DNA from: Pirellulales bacterium
Lineage (GTDB): Bacteria > Planctomycetota > Planctomycetia > Pirellulales > PALSA-1355
Assembly (NCBI GenBank): GCA_963733035.1
Contig: CAVTBU010000006.1
Span: 96,001-160,000 of the forward strand
DNA: 64,000 nt
Direction: 5' to 3'
The notes beneath the pieces were generated by a model. That model was not told the origin of the DNA. It worked only from the letters and a program-made list of their open reading frames with translations, and searched no databases. Each line of letters opens with the position of its first letter. Position 1 is the stretch's first letter. Below are positions 52,459 to 61,167 of the stretch, one piece after another. Position numbers and translations under genes: made by a program.

Positions 52459-53073
52459 ATGATTCTGCTGATCGACAACTACGATTCGTTTACCTACAAC
52501 CTCGTGCAGCGGCTGGGTGAGCTCGACCCGACGCTGGAGTTGGAGGTGCACCGCAACGATCGCATCACGCTGGATGAGATCGCGGCTAAGGCCCCGACGC
52601 ATTTGATCATTTCGCCGGGGCCGTGCACGCCGAGCGAGGCGGGCATCTCGTGTGCCGTGGTCAGTCGGTTTGCCGGCCAGTTGCCGATTCTGGGCGTGTG
52701 CCTGGGACATCAATCCATCGGCCAGGCCACCGGGGGGAAGATCGTCCGCGCCAAACGATTGATGCACGGCAAGACCGATTGGATTTATCACGATAATCAA
52801 GGGCTGTTCGAGGGGCTGGAAAATCCGCTGCAGGCCACCCGCTACCATAGCCTGGTGATCCAGCCCGACACGTTGCACGCGGACTTTGTCGTCTGCGCCT
52901 GGAGCGATTCGCCGGACGGCTCGCGCGAGATCATGGGCATTCGGCACCAGCGCTATCCGCTGTTTGGCCTGCAGTTTCATCCGGAAAGTTTTCTGACGCA
53001 TTCGGGTGCGAAGCTCCTCGAGCGGTTTCTCGCCACCGCGGTTGCGCCCGAGGCCAGCGCGCCACTTTCGTAA
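52459..53073 (+). CDS. trpG: Anthranilate/aminodeoxychorismate synthase component II (glutamine amidotransferase)
   Basis: MILLIDNYDSFTYNL, ISPGPCTP, GVCLGHQ, RYHSL and QFHPES motifs. Confidence 0.95.
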   Translation: MILLIDNYDSFTYNLVQRLGELDPTLELEVHRNDRITLDEIAAKAPTHLIISPGPCTPSEAGISCAVVSRFAGQLPILGVCLGHQSIGQATGGKIVRAKRLMHGKTDWIYHDNQGLFEGLENPLQATRYHSLVIQPDTLHADFVVCAWSDSPDGSREIMGIRHQRYPLFGLQFHPESFLTHSGAKLLERFLATAVAPEASAPLS

Positions 53074-53084
53074 AGCCTGCCGAC

Positions 53085-54290
53085 ATGCTCAGCGTTTCCG
53101 AAGCCCTCGACCGCGTCTTGGCACGGGCCAAGCCGCGCCCGGCCGTCGGTTGTGCCAGTTGCGACGCGCTGGGGCTGGTGCTGGCCGAAGAGATTGCCAG
53201 CGACGTTGATTCGCCGCCGCACAATAAGTCAATCGTCGATGGGTACGCGGTCGTGGCCGCCGACCTGGCGGGCGGTCGCGCGGAGCTTGAAGTCCTGGAA
53301 GAAGTGACTGCCGGCGACGTGCCACGCCGCGCGGTTTGCTCGGGCACGGCCGTGCGGGTGATGACCGGCGCGCCGGTTCCCGAGGGAGCCGATGCCGTGG
53401 TGATGGTTGAGCAATCGGAGTTGATTGGCGATCGCGTGGTGCTGACGCCGCCAAGAGTGGCGGCCGGACAGAACATCATGCCGCGCGCCGCTTCGATGGC
53501 GCGGGGCGATCGCGTGTTGGCGGTTGGTCAGGCGCTGCGTGCCATTGAAGTGGGACTGCTCGCGGAGGTCGGTCGCACTTACGTGCAAATCATACCCCGA
53601 CCGCGGTTGGCGGTGTTGTCGACGGGCAATGAGCTCGTTCCGCCCGACGTCGTTCCCGGGCCAGGTCACATTCGCAATAGCAACAGTCCGATGCTCGTAG
53701 CCGCGGCTCGTACCGCCGGCGCGGCGAGTGTCGATTTGGGCATCGCCCGCGACGAGCCCGATGCGCTGCGCTCGATGATGGCGGCCGGCTTGGAAGCCGA
53801 CGTGTTGGTCATTTCGGGCGGCGTGTCGGCGGGCGTGCTGGATTTAGTGCCTGGGGTGCTCAAATCATTGGGTGTCGAGCAGGTGTTTCACAAAGTGTCA
53901 ATCAAGCCGGGGAAGCCGCTGTGGTTTGGAGTGCTGGCGGCCGAGGCGGGCGACAAGCTGGTGTTCGGTCTGCCGGGCAATCCGGTGAGCAGCCTGGTTG
54001 GTTTCGAGCTGTTCGTGAAGCCGGCGATTGCGGCGCTGGCCGGGCGAGCGACCGAAGCCAGCGCAATCGAGGCGACGTTGACCCAAGAGTTCACCCATCG
54101 CGGAGAGCGGCCGACGTATCATCCGGCCATTTTGCGGTGCGAAGAGGGGCGATGCGTGGTCGAGCCGCTACGGTGGCGCGGGTCGGGCGACCTGCGGACG
54201 CTGGCACGGGCCAATGCTTTGGCTTGCTTTGGCCCGGGAGACTACACTCGGGTTGCCGGTGAAACGGTCACCGCAATCCGGCTGGACTAG
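53085..54290 (+). CDS. moeA: Molybdopterin molybdotransferase
   Basis: SIVDGYAV, VMTGAPVPEGADAVVMVE, STGNEL, SGGVSAG, KPGKP and GLPGNPVS motifs. Confidence 0.95.
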   Translation: MLSVSEALDRVLARAKPRPAVGCASCDALGLVLAEEIASDVDSPPHNKSIVDGYAVVAADLAGGRAELEVLEEVTAGDVPRRAVCSGTAVRVMTGAPVPEGADAVVMVEQSELIGDRVVLTPPRVAAGQNIMPRAASMARGDRVLAVGQALRAIEVGLLAEVGRTYVQIIPRPRLAVLSTGNELVPPDVVPGPGHIRNSNSPMLVAAARTAGAASVDLGIARDEPDALRSMMAAGLEADVLVISGGVSAGVLDLVPGVLKSLGVEQVFHKVSIKPGKPLWFGVLAAEAGDKLVFGLPGNPVSSLVGFELFVKPAIAALAGRATEASAIEATLTQEFTHRGERPTYHPAILRCEEGRCVVEPLRWRGSGDLRTLARANALACFGPGDYTRVAGETVTAIRLD

Positions 54291-54371
54291 CGAGCCGTAG
54301 TGCGTTCACCTCGATTGCGGCCGGGCGAGCCGGTCTGGGCAAATTCCGGCGATCCCCCTACGCTTAGAGAT

Positions 54372-56048
54372 ATGGGAACTGCCCAAGTCTCGCCCCGAGC
54401 CAAGAGCCGCGCCGCGCCGACTGTATCGGCGCCGGTAGACGCCGCCGAGCCTTGGTGGCGCCGCACGTTGGCCGTTGCGCTTTCGGGGCAGTTATTGCTA
54501 TGGGCCGCTTTCCCGCCGCTCAACCTGGCACCCTTGGCTTGGCTGGCGCCGGTGCCGTGGATTTGGCTCGTCCGCCGTGGGACGCTACCCGGCAAGCGGC
54601 CGTATCTCGCGCTTTGGTTTGCGAGCTTTGTGTTCCACCTGGCCGTGTTCTATTGGGTTACGTTGCCGCACTGGGCAACGAGTTTCGGCTGGCTGGCACT
54701 GGCGTTCTATCTGGGTTTGTATTTCCCGGTGTTCGTGGGCTTGAGCCGCGTCGCGGTGCATGTATTGCGCGTGCCGGTCATCGTCGCGGCGCCGGTCATC
54801 TGGACGGCCTTGGAGTTTGCCCGCGCGCATTTGCTCACGGGGTTCAACATGGGAGCGCTGGCGCACACGCAGTATCGCTGGCCCGAAGTGTTGCAGATCA
54901 GTGATCTGGCGGGTGGCTATGCAGTGAGCTTCCTGATTGTGCTGGTTGCCGCGTGCCTCGGCCGCATGCTACCGGTCGAATCTCACCGACGCGCGTGGTG
55001 GCCACTGGTGCCACTGACGGCGGTCGTGGCGGCGACGTTGGCCTACGGGCATTGGCGCCTGGGGCAGGACACGATCATGCCGGGTCCCAAGGTGGCGCTC
55101 GTGCAGGGGTCGATCGACATCGACATGAAATACGATCCGGAAGAGGAAGACACTATTTTTTCGCAGTACTTCGGTTTAACGAAGGATGCCGTCTGGGAAA
55201 ATACGGATCTCGACCTGATTGTCTGGCCAGAGACGATGTTTCGCGACGCGTGGCTGACCTTCGACGAAAGTTTTCATCCGCCCGAGGGGGCAGGTTGGAC
55301 TCCGGCCGAGGCAGAGTCGGCGTGCCAAGCGAGGATCGCTCGCATCCTCGCGCCACTCGACACGCCGGCGCTGATCGGGATCGACACCTGGAACTATCGA
55401 ACGGGTGGAGTGGACCACTTCAACACGGCGCTATTCACCGATCGATCGGGACGCGTGATAGGGCGCTATGACAAGTGCCATCTCGTGCCATTTGGTGAGT
55501 ACGTTTGGTTTGCCGATATATTTCCGTGGCTCTACAAGCTGACACCTTTGCATGGCGGTTCGCTGCCGGGCGACGGGCCACGTTGCATCGAGAGTCGCGG
55601 CGTACGTTATGCTCCCAACATCTGCTATGAGAACACGCTGCCGCACCTTATCAGCCAGCAGGTGATCGAGCTGCGCGATGCAGGTCAGGAGCCGGAGGTG
55701 CTGGTTAACCTGACCAACGATGGGTGGTTTTGGGGGTCGGCCGAACTGGACATGCACCTGGCCTGCGCGGTGTTTCGAGCCATCGAGTGCCGCAAGCCGT
55801 TTCTGGTGGCCGCCAACACGGGGTTCTCGGCGGCAATCGACTCGACCGGCACGATCAACCAACAGGGTCCCCGGCGCGACACCGCGGTGCTGATCGAGCA
55901 GGTCGGCCTGGACAACCGGCACAGTCCCTATCTGGTGCTGGGAGACCTGCCGGCGGGCTTGTGTCTGCTGGCAACCTGCGCGGTGGCCATCGTGGGCTGG
56001 CGGGCCGGCCGGAGGAGGCCGCAAAAGGGCGCGAAATCGGCCGACTAA
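54372..56048 (+). CDS. lnt: Apolipoprotein N-acyltransferase
   Basis: Multi-TM N-terminus; IVWPET, YDKCHLVPFGEY, ICYE, TNDGWF and ANTGFS motifs. Confidence 0.95.
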   Translation: MGTAQVSPRAKSRAAPTVSAPVDAAEPWWRRTLAVALSGQLLLWAAFPPLNLAPLAWLAPVPWIWLVRRGTLPGKRPYLALWFASFVFHLAVFYWVTLPHWATSFGWLALAFYLGLYFPVFVGLSRVAVHVLRVPVIVAAPVIWTALEFARAHLLTGFNMGALAHTQYRWPEVLQISDLAGGYAVSFLIVLVAACLGRMLPVESHRRAWWPLVPLTAVVAATLAYGHWRLGQDTIMPGPKVALVQGSIDIDMKYDPEEEDTIFSQYFGLTKDAVWENTDLDLIVWPETMFRDAWLTFDESFHPPEGAGWTPAEAESACQARIARILAPLDTPALIGIDTWNYRTGGVDHFNTALFTDRSGRVIGRYDKCHLVPFGEYVWFADIFPWLYKLTPLHGGSLPGDGPRCIESRGVRYAPNICYENTLPHLISQQVIELRDAGQEPEVLVNLTNDGWFWGSAELDMHLACAVFRAIECRKPFLVAANTGFSAAIDSTGTINQQGPRRDTAVLIEQVGLDNRHSPYLVLGDLPAGLCLLATCAVAIVGWRAGRRRPQKGAKSAD

Positions 56049-56117
56049 ACCACCGTGATGGGGGTCGCCGGATTTGGCCTCCCAAATCCCGCATCCTTCC
56101 GGAAATGAAACTTTTGA

Positions 56118-56147
56118 TTGACTTCTCAGCGAGCTCGAAATTATACT
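56118..56147 (+). promoter_or_regulatory. Putative sigma70 promoter upstream of the coiled-coil/mreB/pbp2 cluster
   Basis: TTGACT-18 nt-TATACT. Confidence 0.55.
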
Positions 56148-56351
56148 GAGTGTTCGTTCGTATGCGCTGAGTTATCTCCTGTCGCAGCACTGACTTGGCT
56201 CTCGCTGGAGCGGCGGACGAAGCAACTCTTTTCCAACGTCTGACCCTGACCAATTCCGTCGACCCCTTCAATCGGAAACGTCAAGCGCGGCTCAGCCCGA
56301 GACAGACAAGAGGCAAACCTTCTCGGCTAGTGTGCTTGCGGGAAACACGCT

Positions 56352-57182
56352 ATGAACTTCATCGGCAAGATCTTTGTGGTGCTCATCTTTGCGATGAGCC
56401 TGGTGTTTATGTCGTTCGCGGTCGCCGTGTACGGCACGCACCAGAACTGGAAGGAAAAGGCCGCCGCCGAGGCGCAGCGCGTGGCCAACCTGCAAACGAC
56501 AGTTGCCGAGCGCGAGACGGAGCGGGATCGGCTAAAAGCCGAACTGGAGACCGAACTTGCGGCACGTAATCAAGCGCTGGGAAAGCTGGAGGAAGAACGC
56601 AAGGAACTGGCCGTTCAGCGGGACGAGCTCGCCAAGGAGCGCAACGCGCTGTTGATCAAGGACAAGGCGGCGGTGGCCGCTTTGGACACGGCGCAGCAGA
56701 ACCTGGCCAGGCTGACCAAGGAGGTCGAGGGTCTGCGCGGCGAAATTCGCGATGCCCAGGGTAAACGCGACGAGCACTTCGAGCGGGTCGTCGAGTTGAC
56801 CGATCAGATTCATCAGGCTCAGGGAGAAGTCAAACGACTGGAAGAGCGGCGGATTCAACTTGCCGCGCAACTGGCCTCGGCCAACCTGGTGCTCGAGCGG
56901 AACGGACTGAACAAGGACATGCCGGTCGACGGCATACCGCCGCGGTTGCGCGGAAAAGTGCTGGCGATCAATCGCGACAACATGGTTGAGGTTTCGTTGG
57001 GTAGTGACGACGGTCTACGGGCCGGTCATACGCTGGAAGTGTTCCGCGGCAGCAAGTATCTGGGCCGCGTCGAAGTTTTGCACGCCACGACCGACCGAGC
57101 GGTGGGCAAGATCATTCCGGGTTATAAGAAGGGCATTATTCAGAAGGACGACGATGTCGCTACTCGGTTCAAAGTCAGCTAA
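56352..57182 (+). CDS. Membrane-anchored coiled-coil protein with a C-terminal small beta-barrel (MreC/FlgT_C-like pattern)
   Basis: N-terminal TM, ~150-aa heptad region, then GKVLAI...VEVSLGSDDGLRAGHTLEVFRGSKYLGRVEV. Confidence 0.8.
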   Translation: MNFIGKIFVVLIFAMSLVFMSFAVAVYGTHQNWKEKAAAEAQRVANLQTTVAERETERDRLKAELETELAARNQALGKLEEERKELAVQRDELAKERNALLIKDKAAVAALDTAQQNLARLTKEVEGLRGEIRDAQGKRDEHFERVVELTDQIHQAQGEVKRLEERRIQLAAQLASANLVLERNGLNKDMPVDGIPPRLRGKVLAINRDNMVEVSLGSDDGLRAGHTLEVFRGSKYLGRVEVLHATTDRAVGKIIPGYKKGIIQKDDDVATRFKVS

Positions 57183-57456
57183 GAAGAAGAAGGGCGACGA
57201 CGCGGCCGCCGCCGCTTCGCCGAAGCCCAGCAAGGCGGACAAGAAGGCCGCGAAGGCCGAGAAGGCTGCCGCCAAAGCCTCGGCCAAAGCTGCCGCCGCC
57301 TCCGCGCCCGCGGCGGGTCGGGGCATTGCGGTCGAAAAGCCCAAAGCCAATATTTACACGGCCCTGTTGGTGCTGTCATTTGTGGCGATCGTCGTCGGCT
57401 GCATTTGCCTGTATGCCGAGATGAGCGCCTACCAGTTCGAATTCAAAGCGCGCTAA
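57154..57456 (+). CDS. Small Lys/Ala-rich protein with a C-terminal TM helix
   Basis: ATG 57154 after AAGGA, overlapping the upstream gene; SKSAKKKK...KKAAKAEKAAAKA then KPKANIYTALLVLSFVAIVVGCICLY. Confidence 0.75.
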   Translation: MSLLGSKSAKKKKGDDAAAAASPKPSKADKKAAKAEKAAAKASAKAAAASAPAAGRGIAVEKPKANIYTALLVLSFVAIVVGCICLYAEMSAYQFEFKAR

Positions 57457-57526
57457 CCAAGGAATCTTCAAGCCACAAGGACGTTACGAAGCGCGCCCCG
57501 TCCCAATCCTCCTACCGGGAGCAAGG

Positions 57527-58576
57527 ATGCTCCATCGATTGCTAGGACTACTCGGATCTGATCTGGCCATTGACCTGGGCACGGCCAACACGCTGGTGAG
57601 CGTGGTGGGCGAGGGGCTCGTGCTCAATGAGCCGTCGATCGTGGCCGTCGAAGAGGGGACCAGCCGAATCCTTTCCGGTGGATGTGCCGTCGGTCACCTG
57701 GCCAAGCAAATGCAGGGTCGTACGCCGCAGTCGATCTCCGTCGTGCGCCCAATGGGTGACGGCGTGATCCACGACTTTCAGCTTTGCGAGGCGATGCTCC
57801 GCTACTTCATTCGCAAGGCGCAGCGGCAGGGCTACCGTGCTCGTCCCCGCGTGCTGGTAGCGGTGCCTGGCTGCATTACGCCCGTCGAACGTCGGGCTGT
57901 GTTTAACAGCACGCAACGCGCGGGAGCGCGCGAAGTGCTGGTCGTTTCTGAAGCACAGGCCGCGGCATTGGGAGCCGGGCTACCCATTGCCGAACCCGTG
58001 GCCAGCATGATTTGCGACATTGGCGGCGGCACCACCGAGGTGGCCGTATTGAGTTTGGGCGAAATCGTCGCGCAACAATCGGTGCGCGTGGCAGGCGATG
58101 CCATGGACCGCGCGATCGTCGACTACTTGCGCCGGCACTACTCGTTGCGAATCGGCATGTCGGCTGCCGAGCAATTGCGAATCAGCATCGGCAGTGCGGC
58201 GCCGCTTACCGACGAACTATCCGATGACGTGCGTGGCGTCGACGCAATCAGCCGATTGCCGCGCCGCGCCACGATCACCAGCGAGGAAATTCGCGATGCC
58301 CTGGCTGGTCCGCTGGGGCAAGTCGTCGAGGCGATCAAAAACACGCTCGACGAATGCAGCACCGACCTGGTTTCCGATCTGGTCGACAACGGCCTGGTGT
58401 TGGCCGGAGGCGGGGCGCTGCTGCCCGGTCTCGATCAGTTTCTTTACGAACAAACAGGACTGCCGGCGCGGTTGTGTGGCGACCCCATGACGGCCGTCGC
58501 CCGCGGCGCGGCGATCTGTCTGGAGCACTTTCACCGTTGGCGCGGCGCCATGCAGTCGTTCGACGACGACGTTTGA
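57527..58576 (+). CDS. mreB: Rod shape-determining actin homologue MreB
   Basis: Amphipathic N-terminus; AIDLGTANT, NEPS, ITPVERRA, DIGGGTTEVA, AEQLRI and LAGGGALL motifs. Confidence 0.95.
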   Translation: MLHRLLGLLGSDLAIDLGTANTLVSVVGEGLVLNEPSIVAVEEGTSRILSGGCAVGHLAKQMQGRTPQSISVVRPMGDGVIHDFQLCEAMLRYFIRKAQRQGYRARPRVLVAVPGCITPVERRAVFNSTQRAGAREVLVVSEAQAAALGAGLPIAEPVASMICDIGGGTTEVAVLSLGEIVAQQSVRVAGDAMDRAIVDYLRRHYSLRIGMSAAEQLRISIGSAAPLTDELSDDVRGVDAISRLPRRATITSEEIRDALAGPLGQVVEAIKNTLDECSTDLVSDLVDNGLVLAGGGALLPGLDQFLYEQTGLPARLCGDPMTAVARGAAICLEHFHRWRGAMQSFDDDV

Positions 58577-58664
58577 AGCCAGCGAGGATTCGGGAACGGA
58601 ACTGCGGGGCATTTCATTTGCCACGCGTTGATGGGATCAACAGGAACTTGTCGTCACGTTGCCG

Positions 58665-60842
58665 ATGCCTTTCCAGCACTACGATATCGACTGGCATGCG
58701 ATCGCCGACGAGCAGCGCGATGAAAAGGCGGGCTCTCGTCCGCGGCATCGCTTGCGGTGGATACTCTCGCTCTACGCGGCGGCGTTGTTGTTGGTGCTCG
58801 GTCGCGCGGTGCAATTGGAGTTGAGCGGGGGCGCCGAGTTTCGCCGGATTGCCAGCCGTCCGATTGAGAAGCTGGTTCCGCTGCCGGCGGAGCGAGGCCG
58901 AATCTTGGCCCGAGACGGCACGGTGCTGGCCGCTGATCATGAGGCGTGGGCCCTGGCCATGCACTACCGCTACCTGCAATCGCCGCTCGATGCGCGCTGG
59001 CTGAGGCGTCAGGCGCGCAGCGGATGACCGGAGGGCGGCGGCGCGATCCGGCGGCCCTGGTCGCCGTGGAAGATAAGTTGCGAACCGAGATCCGGCAATT
59101 GCACCGCAAGCTGGCCGAGCTGTCTGGCGTCTCCGAAGCGCAGTGGAACCGGCGGACCGCGCGGATTGAGCGTCGCGTTGAACAGCTGGCCGAAAACGTC
59201 AACCGCCGTCGCCGGGAGAAATTCGTCGAACAAACTTCCACCGTACCCGACGAATCTCCGCTGGGCGTGGTCGGAATCGTGGCGGGCTTGTTTGCCCCAC
59301 CGGAGCAATTGCCGCCGGTCGAACTGATCGTCGCCGAACAGACAAGCTACCATCGCGTCGCCGATGAGCTGTCGCCACAAGCCGCGGAACAGATTCTCCG
59401 CGCCGGCTGCGTTTCCGGGCGTGAGGGTCGTGCGGTACACACGTCGCCACTATCCACACGCGGCATTGGCCGCGAACATCCTGGGTCATGTGGGTTCCCG
59501 TTCCGCGGCTCAGGCGACCGTAGTGGACTCCGAGCCGGCTGCGGAGGCTCGCGAGGCCGTTGGGCTGTTGGGCGTTGAAGGCCAGTTTGAAGCGCGCTTG
59601 TCGGGTACGAACGGCACTGAGCTGAGAATTGCCAGCCGCGGAGGTGAGTTGCTCGAGTCGCGCGTCCAGCGGGTGCCGATCACGGGGAGAGATCTCGTGC
59701 TCACGCTGGACGTCGAGCTCCAACGTTTCGCCGAACAGTTGCTGGATCGGTTCGCACGTTATCAAGACTTGCAGCCAGCCGGCGCGCCGGCGGCGGAGCG
59801 GGGGGGAGCCGTATTGGTGATGGACGTGCATTCCGGAGAGATCCTGACGGCCGCCAGTCAGCCTCGCTTCGATCCCAATTGGTTTGCCACGGGCGACGCG
59901 CGTGTCGAAGCGGTGCTCAACGATCCGGAGCGGCCCCTTTTCGACCGCGCGACACGGATGGCCATTCCGCCCGGATCCGTGTTCAAGTCGCTGACCGCGA
60001 TGGCGCTTATCGAACATCGTGTGGCCCGCCCGGAAACGGTCTTTACTTGCCAGGGCTACCTCGACGATCCAGACCGCATGCGGTGTCAAATCTTTCGCCA
60101 TCATGGCATTGGTCACGGTGACGTAACGATGGCCGATGCATTGGCGCAAAGCTGCAACGTGTACTTTTTTCATCATGCCAGGACGCTGGACCCCGAAACG
60201 TTGCTGCAGTGGGCCCAGCGCTTCGGATTTGGCAAGCAGGCAGCCACGGACATCGGCGAACTGACGGCCGGGCATCTGCCCACGGCCGGTGAACTGGCGC
60301 GGCCCGGGACCAGTGAGTACCTCGCGATTGGGCAGGGGACGCTGACCGCGACCCCGCTTGAGGTACTTCGCCTGTATGCGGCGATTGCCAACGGCGGGTA
60401 TCTACTTTCACCGCGATTTACTCGCACCGCGGTTTCCCCCCAGGCGAGTCCGTCTCCGGCGAGGGAAAGTCGCTTGCCCGGCGACCTTCGCGTTTCGGGG
60501 CTGGATCCGGCGACGCTGGCGGCGGTGCGGAAAGGACTCGAGCGCGTCGTGGAGGATCCGGCTGGCACGGCGTTCGACAGCGTGCGACTGCCGGACCTGG
60601 CGATCGCCGGGAAGACGGGCACGGCCGAGACTGGAAGTAGCGGACACGACCATGCCTGGTTTGTCGGATATGCTCCGGCCGAGGCTCCTCGCGTGGCATT
60701 CGTGGTAGTGTTGGAGCACGGCGGCAGTGGCGCGGAGACCGCCGGCCCCATCGCACGAAGTCTGGTTCAGCGGATGCGGCAATTGGACTACTTCGGGGTG
60801 TCTCGGACCGCCACCCGACCGTTCCCGCCAGGCAAGGGTTAG
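58665..60842 (+). CDS. mrdA: Class B penicillin-binding protein (PBP2/MrdA-like); frameshifts near 59020 and 59400
   Basis: TM then AERGRILARDG; RHYP, LGHVG and GRDLVLTLD; catalytic SVFK (SxxK), SCN (SxN) and KTG motifs; HAWF. Confidence 0.88.
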
Positions 60843-61167
60843 GCTCTGCGTCGATCCGCACCTGGTCGAGGCGTCAACCACATGTTTTTGGGCCTCAAAA
60901 ATGGACGGCTGTAGAGCGAAAATCGGGCCTCGGAAAGCCGGCATTCTTGGCCGGTGGGTCGGCTTCGGTGCGTGTTGCGTAAGCTATTATTTGCTAGTGG
61001 TTTATAAACGCTCCTGGAGGCTCGTCGGCCATTGTGAAAAGCAGCCTTGAACGGTATATTGACGGCTTCTCTTTGTGGGGCCGGCCAGGGCTTGAGGGCG
61101 GCCCCAAAATCGTTGGCCAGAACAGGCTGGCCAGACTGCTCCCGCGTGCCCTCCGAAAGGACTGAAA

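Noticed and set aside
60843..61167. Possible oriC upstream of gyrA
   Set aside because: Only one imperfect DnaA-box-like 9-mer and no dnaA/dnaN nearby.
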